From NCBI RefSeq assembly GCF_001194135.2, contig NC_068983.1, forward strand, positions 160,609,243 to 160,648,781: 39,539 bases of DNA, given 5' to 3'. Origin of the DNA: Octopus bimaculoides (Eukaryota). The position numbers were made by a program, and so were the translations under genes. This document shows, in pieces, positions 25,304-36,529 of the stretch (positions within the stretch are counted from its first letter, which is position 1; each line of letters starts with the position of its first letter). The notes beneath the pieces were generated by a model. It saw only the letters and a program-made list of their open reading frames with translations. It was not told where the DNA came from and ran no database searches.

Positions 25304-25432
25304 CATATTGGTTTGGCTCAGGTTTGGTCTTATTCCTGGTTGGAATTACGTGGATAGCAGATTACTACCTGTAACTTTAGGTATCCACAAGTTTTCAGCA
25401 TTTTTTCAAATGCTCATTATTATTATTATTTT

Positions 25433-26942
25433 CAGTAGTTTTATTTTTATAACGTGCTTTCACTTCACTACCGAGGGCAGCTCTGTGCGCCTTGGGTATG
25501 TGCTGTGGTTTGCTGTGGTGCTCTTATGTTTACTGTATTGAAAGTGTTTTGCGTAGAATGTGTGCAGTACCCAGTAGTGCAATTTTCTGTATGTTATATA
25601 TATTTGTAAGTCCTGGTGTTTTTGTTATGTATTTGTCTGAATATTTTTTTATTATACCTAAGGCACCTACTATGATAGGAATAGTTTCTGTTTTTAGATT
25701 CCACATTCGAGTTATCTCTATTTCCAGGTCTTTGTATTNNNNNNNNNNNNNNNNNNNNNNNNNNNNNNNNNNNNNNNNNNNNNNNNNNNNNNNNNNNNNN
25801 NNNNNNNNNNNNNNNNNNNNNNNNNNNNNNNNNNNNNNNNNNNNNNNNNNNNNNNNNNNNNNNNNNNNNNNNNNNNNNNNNNNNNNNNNNNNNNNNNNNN
25901 NNNNNNNNNNNNNNNNNNNNNNNNNNNNNNNNNNNNNNNNNNNNNNNNNNNNNNNNNNNNNNNNNNNNNNNNNNNNNNNNNNNNNNNNNNNNNNNNNNNN
26001 NNNNNNNNNNNNNNNNNNNNNNNNNNNNNNNNNNNNNNNNNNNNNNNNNNNNNNNNNNNNNNNNNNNNNNNNNNNNNNNNNNNNNNNNNNNNNNNNNNNN
26101 NNNNNNNNNNNNNNNNNNNNNNNNNNNNNNNNNNNNNNNNNNNNNNNNNNNNNNNNNNNNNNNNNNNNNNNNNNNNNNNNNNNNNNNNNNNNNNNNNNNN
26201 NNNNNNNNNNNNNNNNNNNNNNNNNNNNNNNNNNNNNNNNNNNNNNNNNNNNNNNNNNNNNNNNNNNNNNNNNNNNNNNNNNNNNNNNNNNNNNNNNNNN
26301 NNNNNNNNNNNNNNNNNNNNNNNNNNNNNNNNNNNNNNNNNNNNNNNNNNNNNNNNNNNNNNNNNNNNNNNNNNNNNNNNNNNNNNNNNNNNNNNNNNNN
26401 NNNNNNNNNNNNNNNNNNNNNNNNNNNNNNNNNNNNNNNNNNNNNNNNNNNNNNNNNNNNNNNNNNNNNNNNNNNNNNNNNNNNNNNNNNNNNNNNNNNN
26501 NNNNNNNNNNNNNNNNNNNNNNNNNNNNNNNNNNNNNNNNNNNNNNNNNNNNNNNNNNNNNNNNNNNNNNNNNNNNNNNNNNNNNNNNNNNNNNNNNNNN
26601 NNNNNNNNNNNNNNAACTGGGACAGCTAAAGTGTTGATACCCATTATCTTGTTTTTAGCATTGAGCTGTTTTTAGTATTGATCTAAATCGTCTATAGTAC
26701 TCTTTCTTTATTTTTTCTTTCATATGTGTATGTTGTATCCTATCTAGTTCATTGACTCCTAAATACTTGTATGGTTGGCTTTCGTCTAGTTCTTTTATTT
26801 CATTGGCTTTATCTAGTGTTATATTGCTGCTTTTAACTAATTTTCCTCTTTTCAGGGTTGCTTTGGCACATTTTTCTAATCCGAATTTCATATCTATTTC
26901 CTTGGTAAAGCCGTGTACTGTCTGTAGTAGTGTTTCTAGCTC

Positions 26943-26945
<3 letters not shown>
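25433..26945 (-). mobile_element. Second young R4/Dong-like LINE copy (family 1) flanked by (TAA)n; middle lies in a gap
   Basis: 3' part matches 23818-24123 at an offset of 1615. The 5' part encodes KELETLLQTVHGFTKEIDMKFGLEKCAK...YKYLGV...INTLAVPV. Arrays at 25416-25431 and 26944-26994. Confidence 0.85.
25739..26614. other. Assembly gap (876 N)
   Basis: Run of N. Confidence 1.
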
Positions 26946-26994
<49 letters not shown>

Positions 26995-27231
26995 GTTACA
27001 GTCAACATCCCATTTTCATGTCCTGGGCTTCTTTGTTAAGATGGTAGGTCAGTTAATTTTCATGGGTCAATTGGAAATCTGGAGTCAGTTGGAAATCTGA
27101 ATGTTAATCTCTCCAGCCAACAGATACATGTTGGCAAACTCCTTTTTTCGAAAGGAACCTAGGGTATTGAAATAAAATTCTGACTATAAGTTACATAATA
27201 AATGGTAATTTATACTCTCTTTCTCTCTCTT

Positions 27232-27266
<35 letters not shown>

Positions 27267-28075
27267 GTATATATATGTGTGTGTGTAGATATATATGTGT
27301 ATGTATATCGATATATATCTATATATATGCAGATATATAAATATCTGTGTGTGTGTGTAATTAATATGATATATAATGTTTTATTTTATTGATTTTATTG
27401 AAATTATAGTGGTTAAAACTTTTGAAGCATTTTATTCTTATAGTTTTTTTCTTCTTTTCATTTGATACATTGATAAATAGATATTATAGTTTTATGTAAC
27501 TCATCAATCTTATACAATTTGTTTCCTCTCTAAGAATCTATCATCATTTTGCCAATATATACCATAAATCATTTTCTCACAAGAACAATATATAACACTT
27601 CGTTAGAAACACTAGAAATATTCAGTTGATCTAAGTTGAATTTTGACAGTAATTATAAGACTTCTTCTCCTACTTTTTACAAATTCCAGAACATATGAAT
27701 TCTGACAATAAGTGTTGTTTATCAAGACAAAGTGAACAATTAACAGTGTCACCAATGAATGCATTTGTTTTAGCTGACAAAATCCTATGAGGGAAAAAAT
27801 GAGGTGAATTATTCATATGATTAATACAAACTTCTGTGTTTTCTTTCCTCATTTATCATGGCTATGCAGTAATACTATATAAATATCTGTGCTCATTGAT
27901 ACTACAAATTAAATGCAAGAAGCTCTATATCCTTGCATAATAGAGTTTAAATCAACTGGTCCCAAAAATGTTTGCAATGTATCTGGAAGTAGGTACTATG
28001 AGATCACGTATGTAGTGGTGGGAAAGGAAATGAAAGGAGGTAGTTGGCCATGCAGGTATTTGGTTCATTTCAGGC

Positions 28076-28137
<62 letters not shown>

Positions 28138-28139
<2 letters not shown>

Positions 28140-28695
28140 GCCCTGATGCAGTGCCAGACAGTGGTTCTCATGGCTTCTTATCTTAACTAACTAGAGGTGC
28201 TATCATGTATATTGTTTTGTCTTGGTATAAAAGATGGGCTACAGCAAATGTTCTGCTCAATACCTTAGATTTGCTTGTCAGTTGCTTGATCTTAACCAGT
28301 TGAGCATGTCCTTTGGTTGGCTGACAATATGTGCATCTCTGATCACAAGCAGAAGTAGCGGGGGAGTATCATAGTCATGTGGTGAGAGGAATTCTTTGGG
28401 GTTTGGATAATTCACCTTTGGAAACATGGGTATTTCGTCTGACATCCTCAAACAACCTTTATTCGAGGACCTTTTGAGCGGGATGGGCTACTCGACCTGA
28501 AGAAAATTCTAACTGGGCCCCCACCTGCAAGGTCATGCACTGTTTATCTTGATATGAGATCACTATGTCGCGCACATAAGGTTGTGATGCATGTGCCTGG
28601 TGTACCCTTATCAGGTGGGTAGTCATGATGGGTATACTGGGCTTCGTATATTTTACCCCAGTGTCACTTTGATGGCATGCCCTGCTCTCTCACTC
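28138..28695. mobile_element. 558-bp non-coding interspersed element embedded in (TAA)n
   Basis: Complex, more GC-rich unit with sharp borders against (TAA)n at 28076-28137 and 28696-28737. No listed ORF, no TIR, no tRNA head seen. Confidence 0.6.
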
Positions 28696-28737
28696 AATAA
28701 TAATAATAATAATAATAATAATTATAATAATAATAAT

Positions 28738-28950
28738 CTTTTCTACTAAAGGCACAAGGCCTAAAATTTTTGGGGAAGGAATTAATCGATTACATTAACC
28801 TCAGTACTCCACTGGTACTTAATTTATTGACCCCAAAAGGATGAAAGCCAAAGTTGACCTTGGTGGAATTTAAACTCAGAATGTATTGATGGGCAAAATA
28901 CCACTAAGCATTTCATCCAGCGTGCTAACAATTCTGCCAGCTCACCCACT
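28738..28950 (-). mobile_element. SINE family B, full length, with TAA arrays on both flanks
   Basis: Minus strand gagctggcagaattgttagcacgctgg...gagtttaaattcc...ggctttcatccttttggggtcaataaattaagtaccag...aggccttgtgcctttagtagaaaag. Confidence 0.8.
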
Positions 28951-28990
28951 TAATAATAATAATAATAATGATAATAATAATAATAATAAT

Positions 28991-29300
28991 ACAGATTTTT
29001 TTATTTGCTGTTTCCTTAATGCAATATGACGCAAGTGTTGTTAGATGGAAAGAGAACGGGCTTGAGGAAATGGATAAAAAAATCAGGAAAGTGTTGGCAA
29101 TTAACAAGGTGCTCCACCCAAAAGCGAAATTGAGAGATTGTTTGTGCCTAGGAATAAGGGAGGAAGAAGTCTCATAGGATGCAAGGTTTGTGTTTGCCTA
29201 CAAGAACAGTCTAAGATGGTACATCAAACAGCAGAGTGAATTCTTACTTGCTGGTGTTAGAAATAATGAGATGATACCTACCGAAAATGTGATACACTGA
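28991..29300 (+). mobile_element. R4/Dong-like LINE thumb fragment (family 2-like) starting at a (TAA)n array
   Basis: AVSLMQYDASVVRWKENGLEEMDKKIRKVLAINKVLHPK...NSLRWYIKQQSEFLLAGV; array at 28951-28990. Confidence 0.75.
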
Positions 29301-29689
29301 TTTTCTCTGGAAAGCTTTCTCCTTTTTAGTCATATTTTTCGGTAGCTTTCATTTTCTTGTTTTCTATTTATTCTGCCTTTTTCTCCCCTTTTTTGCAATC
29401 GTATTTTTTTTTTGTCTTTTTTTTTATTTTCATGTACTTTCTTTTATTTCTATAATTTTTCCTTCTTTCTCTGCAATCTTATTTCCCTCTCTTTATCACC
29501 TTCTTGTTCTCTAGTCCTCCTCTCATATTCCCTCATTTTTTACAACCTAACTTTCTGATGGTTTTTTTTTTCCCCCCCTTTCTTCTATAGTTTTCATATT
29601 AAGTATTTGAATTCTCATTCTTTTGTCTTTTTTTAATGTCTTGTGATATTTCATTTCCTTCTACATTTCTTTCACGTTCATGACTGTTT

Positions 29690-30060
29690 ATGGAAAAGAG
29701 GGCATCGTAGAGGCCGTTGTCAATTCTGCCACTATATAACACTGAAATCTTCCTTTCTGTAACTGTTCAACCACAAACGGTGAACAGAGGAAGAATAATT
29801 TCATCATTTTCGTGATGAACCTGACTTGCAACATTGTACAACTCACTAAAGGCAATTGATTCAACATTATCGCCATATGCTCCATCCCTACTCATGTAGG
29901 CTTAGTATTCCTGCATTATACTATTAGGAATAAAAGAATGAAAATACTTCCAATTATTGCATATGTATCGTACGAACTGTTTCCGGAGAGTTCGGTAATT
30001 TCTGTTGTGTATGAGCAAGAACATCGTTCTGAACATAGTTACCATCACCCATGACTTTAT
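29690..30060 (-). pseudogene. OTU-like cysteine protease (deubiquitinase-type) pseudogene
   Basis: My translation: KVMGDGN[frameshift]FRTMFLLIHNRNYRTLRKQFVRYICNNWKYFHSFIPNSIMQEY*AYMSRDGAYGDNVESIAFSELYNV...ISVLYSGRIDNGLYDAL. It shows the Cys-loop (GDGNCxFR), the variable loop and the His-loop (GHYD-like). Confidence 0.78.
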
Positions 30061-30189
30061 TAAAGGAGTGAATTGATGAATTAATGTAATTATTGAATAT
30101 CTTTCAATAAATTCAGTAAGAGACTTCGCCTTCAGTTTAAACTTTAGATGGTTTTGTGAACAGAACGTGACGGAAAATTACAATACCAA

Positions 30190-30610
30190 AAGGGATAAGA
30201 TAACTATATTGTAAAGCATCATATGAATGATGAGTTTCTTTTATGAACGTAATGCTATTGTCACACTATTTCAAACAATATGTCGTTTACCATGTTGTTC
30301 TCCAACCATTATAATAGCCACTTCATTACACTCAGGCAGATTGAATCGATGGATATGTTCTCCAGCTGGTCTTTTGTTGGCATCAACGACAACTTGAAAG
30401 TCCGCAGTTGAAATATATTCTAAAGCATACTGAATTCTTTTCGAGAAGCATTTTTTGCAGCTTAAAAATAAATTCTAATCTTGTACTTGGACAATTCTTG
30501 TTGCGACATTGTTTTTCCTTTTGAACGTCACCTATAAAATATATATAACACGATAGAGTGATGCTTATTTTGTGGGTAGAAGGGAATCTTCTATCTCATT
30601 CATAAACATC
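30190..30610 (-). mobile_element. Helitron RepHel N-terminal (pre-Rep) coding relic, frameshifted
   Basis: DSLLP, IYFIGD..LQKML.EKN, YALEYISTADFQVVVDANKRPAGEHIHRFNLPECNEVAIIMVGEQHGKRHIV and ETHHSYDALQY match RepHel motifs GSLLP, QIYF, PAGEHxRRFNxP.xEVA and ETHRSYDALQYP. Confidence 0.82.
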
Positions 30611-30683
30611 ATCTGTTAGTCCTGAGGATGAAAATGACTTTTTTTACTCACCCAATCACAGTGCTAGGACCGAAAGTTTTCTA

Positions 30684-31469
30684 CTGGGTGGCACACAAAA
30701 ATGTAGCCCAGGTTCCATAGCATAGTGTAAATACAGAAATAAATTTACACACATGAAAAAGCATTCAGCCTTCCATTTGCAAGTGCCATTGTGCTATTTC
30801 AGCCACTTGTAACTGCTATTCAGAATCCATGTGCAGTAATTTACTCATTTGCTCTTGTCATCAAGTATTAATTGTTTTACACATATGAAATAATATGGCT
30901 TTTCAACACTTGTTGGCATAACTTCCAGCTTATGTGAGGCTACTGCGCCAAATTACATGTTGACTTCTTCTTTGAACTTGTAGTAACCTTTGGTGAATGT
31001 CCTGAATAACTTCTTGCATTCAAACTATAGGGTCTTTTTGTTTTTGGATGTTGTGCACTGACCCCATAGTGCATCACTTCTTAACCACCATTTGTATCAT
31101 TCTGTTTGCCAATAAGCCTTTATTTGGAAATTTGACTTCAAAAATCTCATGTGTTTGCTTAACAGAACCCGTTCTCACATATTCTTCCACAATTCACACT
31201 CTTTCTACTGTTGAGTAGGTCATCTTGCAGAAAAGGCTTGAGGTGTTCACTCAATGCAATCTTACAATCAACTAATGAGGTGAAGATGCAGCGAGGATGC
31301 TGTAGAAAATGGTTGACTAGCGTGCCATCTTTGTACAGCAGTTACAAGCAGTTGAAATAACACAATGACACTTGCAAATGAAAGGCTGGGTGCTTTCACA
31401 TGCGTGTAAATTTATTTCTGTATTTACATTATACTACAGAACCCAGGCTACTTTTACGTGCCCACCCTG
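30684..31469 (-). mobile_element. Internally deleted Tc1/mariner DNA transposon with about 134-bp TIRs and TA TSD
   Basis: TIRs at 30684-30817 and 31337-31469 (C(A/T)GGGTGG...gtaactgct), TA at 30682-83 and 31470-71. Transposase N-terminus from ATG 31223: MTYSTVERV*IVEEYVRTGSVKQTHEIFEVKFP...VVKK*CTMGSV (DUF4817-type HTH-like). Confidence 0.88.
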
Positions 31470-32599
31470 TAGAAAAAGCAGTTTCACAGCCTCGTTGCTT
31501 CAGTTGTTTTGCTGTTAGTATTGATGCTGGTGCTCATGCTAGAGCCACTACTATCAGCCATTCCCTCTTCTCTTCCTTTCCTATTCTTCAAAACAAGAAA
31601 CCCTCAAGCACCTTTTACTATTGCGCACGTGACCGTTAGGGCTTTCTACTTTGCATTGTTAGTTGTATTAGTTTTCTTTCTTTCTGCATCCACAGCATTG
31701 AGATAGTTCTATGGTCTTTGGGAATCATCAAGACCTGCCTATGGTCATAATGGTGCTTACAACCTACCTATACTGTATCACAATGCAACAGGTTAACATG
31801 ACTGTTATATCACTCCCAATTTCTTCTTGTCCATACATTGTAGCAATTTCTAGTGGATCTTGTGGACCTTGTGGATAATGTGTGGCACACCGTCTCAGCA
31901 TGTTACCTTGCCTTGCCTTGCCTTGGTTTGGAAAACCAAATGTAATAGATGGAAACTACAATATTCCATATATTAAACATCCTTCTTTTGAAATCATTCT
32001 GAAAACAAATCCACTTTTTGATAGGCAGGAGTATATCACTTGACTTGTTGCCCTTTCTTCAATAAAACAGTCAGACAAGAAGACAGGTTTTATGACATAC
32101 CTGTCCCATATGCTTTATTCTTTAGAGTGTTAATCCATGTTCAGAATTACCTTTTTGCAGGCAATATTGGAGAAATGTTTATATCTTTTGTTACCATCTA
32201 TATATTGTGCATTGTCTTTTCCGACATTTTTTTAATACAAATGTCTGTTTTACTTCTCTAAGTCTTGGCAGTTTTTCATTCTGTTTGTCAAATTTGTTTT
32301 TAAATGCATGTGCATATTTACAAGATGTACAAAAACCTGTACAAAATTGTCAAGAGCATGTAAATCAGGCAAAGAAGATATGTTGCTACAAATGTAAACA
32401 ATTATCTGCAAAATAAACCATGAATTTCCAAAAGCAAACCGTATTGTTTCTACTCCAAGCTAAAAACAATAGAAAACAGATACTCAAATGTTCCAAAGCA
32501 TAATAATCCAAAAATTATTTTTCCATTAAGTACAAATACAATAAATAATATTACACTTCTATAGTGTTTTGTTGGAACGCATTCACTCTTCTGAAAAGT

Positions 32600-32633
<34 letters not shown>

Positions 32634-32634
<1 letters not shown>

Positions 32635-33020
32635 TGGAGGCGCAATGGCCCAGTGGTTAGGGCAGCGGACTCGCGGTCATAGGATCGCGGTTTTGATTCC
32701 CAGACCGGGCATTGTGAGTGTTTATTGAGCGAAAACACCTAAAGCTCCACGAGGCTCCGGCAGGGGATGGTGGCGAACCCTGCTGTACTCTTCCACCACA
32801 ACTTTCTCTCACTCTTACTTCCTGTTTCTGTTGTGCCTGTAATTCAAAGGGTCAGCCTTGTCACACTGTGTTACGCTGAATATCCCCGAAAACTACGCTA
32901 AGGGTACACGTGTCTGTGGAGTGCTCAGCCACTTGCACGTTAATTTCACGAGCAGGCTGTTCCATTGATCGGATCAACTGGAACCCTCGACGTCGTAAGC
33001 GACGGAGTGCCAACATTTAC
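32634..33020 (+). mobile_element. tRNA-derived SINE family D, apparently full length, within (AGT)n
   Basis: A-box tggcccagtgg at 32646-56 and B-box ggttttgattcc at 32689-700. CpG-rich body; (AGT)n at 32601-32633 and 33021-33033. Confidence 0.82.
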
Positions 33021-33060
33021 AGTAGTAGTAGTAGCAGTAGCAGCAGCAGCAGCAGTAGCA

Positions 33061-34420
33061 ATATGGACAACTCACAAATCTTTATGAGGAATAACACTGA
33101 ACTACAAAAGCTTTTAAAAAGTGTCCAACCTCATACTCATGGTTATGTCCATAGATTTACAGAGGATGAATATGAGCTCAGACAAGCATTCGAATGCAAC
33201 TTTAAGATGAAACAAATTAACCAGTACCGAAGAAATGATATTAAGAATAGACACTATATCACCCACACAATTAACTTAGAAGAGATGAAGCAGCCGGAAA
33301 AGTAAGAAGGGAATAGAACAGAATGTTACAGAAGGGTTTGACTAATATTAAAGATTGGATTCAATGCTAGAAATAAGATAATAGATATATAAATGCTAGC
33401 CATATCAGTTATAAATTATGGCTTCAGTATTATAAACTTGAGGCTAAATTAGTTGAAAAATTTGGACAGTAAAATCAGGAAACAATTGATAATATGCTAA
33501 ATTCACCATTTGAAGCAGATACAGACAGAATATACCTACCCTGCATATAAAGTGGATATGACACAAATAAAAAGAAACTACCATAAAATAACAAATATCA
33601 GACCGGAAAATACTTAGAAACAAAAAGCAGAAGATTGTCCTGAAGAAACATGAAAAAACAAAAAAAATACAATATTTCTCTCCGTAGAAAGAAGCGATAA
33701 AATACAAAGCGGAAGCAAACTATACTGAAATGATAAATTTAGATAACAATGCAAGAAAATCATTAGAAACAAAATATAAAGATGTAAAGAGAACTGCAAA
33801 CCATACTAAAGAAAAAATGGAAGGAAAAAACCATGAGATTTGATACAAGAGTAGTTAAGATAAAACCAACAATGGCTCAAAAGTTCCAGACTACATGCAG
33901 AAACAGAAGGACCGGTTCTAGATGCAAAAGACCAATACTGACTACAAGCAATTATAAGAACAATGTAATGGAAACATTTCCAAACAGCAAATGCAAAATA
34001 TGTAACCAGCACATTAAGATACTTGACAACGTTTTTGTAGACTGTGAAGAACTTACCAATCTCTGAATATGTACATAGACATGATCAAAATGGCAGCTAT
34101 ATCCATTGTGCAATATGCTAACACTTTGATATAAAAACAGACAGGAAATTGTATGTGTACCAAATACAGTATATGAGAAAGATCTGACCACAAACATTTC
34201 AGATATGCTCATTCAAATTGACGAGATTAAGGTAAACAGATATGAAAACTGATGTCTTAGAAAGCATATGCACATCGAAAAACAATCCTTTTTGACCAAA
34301 ATCTTGCTCTAAAAGAAGTGAAAAACTGTAACAGCCTTCAAGTCAGAAACAATAAAATGAAGGAATATTTTGGTCACATCTATATGCATGAATACAAAAG
34401 TGGACCAAGCCCTAGATGCA
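33061..34420 (+). mobile_element. Degraded, internally deleted R4/Dong-like LINE (RT catalytic region to RLE)
   Basis: MDNSQIFMRNNTELQKLLKSV (YMDD-like), FNARNKII, LDSKIRKQL, NSKCKICNQH, EYVHRHD..YIH, DMLIQIDEIKVNR and DQNLALKEV. Confidence 0.7.
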
Positions 34421-35439
34421 GGGTTAGCACTAGGTTAGCTTTATAACTTGGTTTCTGTATATGTCACCTTAGTGTCGTGCACTAATACAGTGTGATATAT
34501 AGTAACACGTAACGGGGTAGACACCAACTGTCTCCACTTGATGCATTCCCAAATACTCTGCCAACAACTGTAACCAATCAAAAACGACTCTCAACGAACT
34601 ACAACAAGTTAACAATTTCCTGTGACTTCACGAATGACACCTTTTGACATCCTGTGATTTCTCATCTCTTGCTCTCAGGCAAACACGCCTCTACTTAATC
34701 GAGTTCGGCTAGTCTATTCTCACAGGGTTGTCATAATTCTTGCCATAACAGTTAGAAAGAAAGTCTCTTTCTCTTATATAAATTTAAAGAGAGCTTTGTA
34801 AAGGATCAGAATTGATTAGAGGTGAGGTGGGGCTTTTTTTTTTTTTTTTCACAATAGAATTGGAGCCTAGTCTTTGGGATTCACTTCTTTAAAATGGATA
34901 TTGTTCAAACATAAGAAGAGAGTAATTCAAGATTGCTTCTTTGGTAATTGTAATAACTGAAGAAAATTAGTGTTCATACTGGGAAATGTTTTGAGGTCCC
35001 AGTTTAAGGAAGATGCAGTATACATTTAGTGTGTGGTACCAAAAGTTGCTTGTATAGGATGCCTGAGCAGAATATTAAGGAAGAATGAATGGTGGTACCA
35101 GCTATAGTATACAGTTGACATTAGCTTTTCTTAGTTCATTTTCATAGTTTTTTTTAAGGTATTGACGATGTACAGTTAAAATCATATTTTTCATTATTTT
35201 TGCCGTTAGTTCAGAACTTTTAAGCTATTGTTAGCTTCCATAATGATTCACTTCCTCTCTGTCCAGCCATGCAGGATAATGAACATTTGATTTTGTCTTT
35301 GTCATAGCTCTCTCTCTCTCTCTCTCTCTCGCTCTCTCTCTCTCGCTCTCTCTCTCTTTCTGTGAGTGTATCCGTCTGTTATCATGTCCCTCATCTAAAC
35401 TTTTCCCCTGTGTAATTAGGTTCTAGTTTGTACTTTAGT

Positions 35440-35870
35440 ATTTTCTATATAGAAAGAGAATGCATTTTTTTCTGCATTTTGTTATGTTCATTTATTATAT
35501 CAATTAGCACATATTTGTTTGCTTCAAAGTATTCTTCTAAACCCATTAGAGTTACTTTGTATCTGTTCGCTATTTTTATCAAGCCCACCCGGCTCTATGC
35601 CTCTGCTAAACGTAACCAATCTAAACTAGTTTTAGAATAAAGGGCTAAGAAAATAATATCCAGTTTTCTGTTTTCCTCCCTTAATCTCTTCAGTTGATTT
35701 AACATTCAATTCGTTAAGCTGAAGCGAAAGGTTATGACTGGTATGACTTAAGTCTTTAGTCTTTAGTTCATTCCATCAATAACCTGCCATGTCTACGCTT
35801 GAGTTGTAAAACTTTACTTTGATTCGTTTAAATGGGTCTTTTGATTTTTCTGGCAAACCCATTTTTATAG
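35440..35870 (-). mobile_element. R4/Dong-like LINE thumb relic
   Basis: VITFRFSLTN*MLNQLKRL...RVGLIKIANRYKVTLMGLEEYFEANKYVLIDIINEHNKMQKK. Confidence 0.65.
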
Positions 35871-36069
35871 CACATCTTTATTTATTCGTTTTTTTTTTTG
35901 TTTGTTTTTTTTTTGTACTGGGGGCTGGATTCAACTAGCTCCCTCATTTGAATGATGATAACAAGATAGAGATCAGCTGATTCTGTGTGTGTGTGTGTGA
36001 AAGAGAGAGAGAGAGAGAGACAGAGAGAGAGAGAGAAGGGAAGAGAGAGAAACAAAGAGAAACGGAGGA

Positions 36070-36180
36070 ATTAACACTGATACTTTATTTTATTGATGTC
36101 AGAAGAATTAAAAGTTAAGTTGGCTTTGATGAAGTTTGAACTCAGAATGTAAAGAGTTACAGCAAATACCTGAAGTGCCT
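36070..36180 (-). mobile_element. SINE family B remnant
   Basis: acactgatactttattttattgatgtcagaagaattaaaagttaagttggc...tttgaactcagaatgtaaag. Confidence 0.5.
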
Positions 36181-36239
36181 AGTTCATTTATATATATAAT
36201 CATATTTTTGCATTGAGTTTCTTTTCAAATATTCATCTG

Positions 36240-36285
<46 letters not shown>

Positions 36286-36400
36286 ACATATACATATGAA
36301 GTACATGACATAATTTCTTATACCCTTGTCATTTTTAATTTCTTATTACTTCTCTGTACCTGACTGGTGCTTTGTTCTAAAGTATGGCCACACACACAGA

Positions 36401-36529
36401 NNNNNNNNNNNNNNNNNNNNNNNNNNNNNNNNNNNNNNNNNNNNNNNNNNNNNNNNNNNNNNNNNNNNNNNNNNNNNNNNNNNNNNNNNNNNNNNNNNNN
36501 NNNNNNNNNNNNNNNNNNNNNNNNNNNNN
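36401..36529. other. Assembly gap (129 N)
   Basis: Run of N. Confidence 1.

Noticed and set aside
28141-28200. Hammerhead ribozyme core at the start of the 558-bp element
   Set aside because: The sequence is CTGATGC rather than CTGATGA, and I could not place a matching GAAA with stems.
31472-32600. Possible coding relic to the right of the mariner
   Set aside because: Several frames gave vaguely retroelement-like peptides but no motif I could defend; left unannotated.
32634-32705. tRNA-like sequence with A and B boxes
   Set aside because: It continues into a 300-bp repeat body with no clear acceptor stem or poly-T terminator, so it is a SINE head. The same applies to the other SINE heads.
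34491-34724. TGTGA...TCACA-bounded 234-bp segment as a solo LTR
   Set aside because: No target-site duplication (atacag vs gggttg) and no second copy, PBS or PPT seen.
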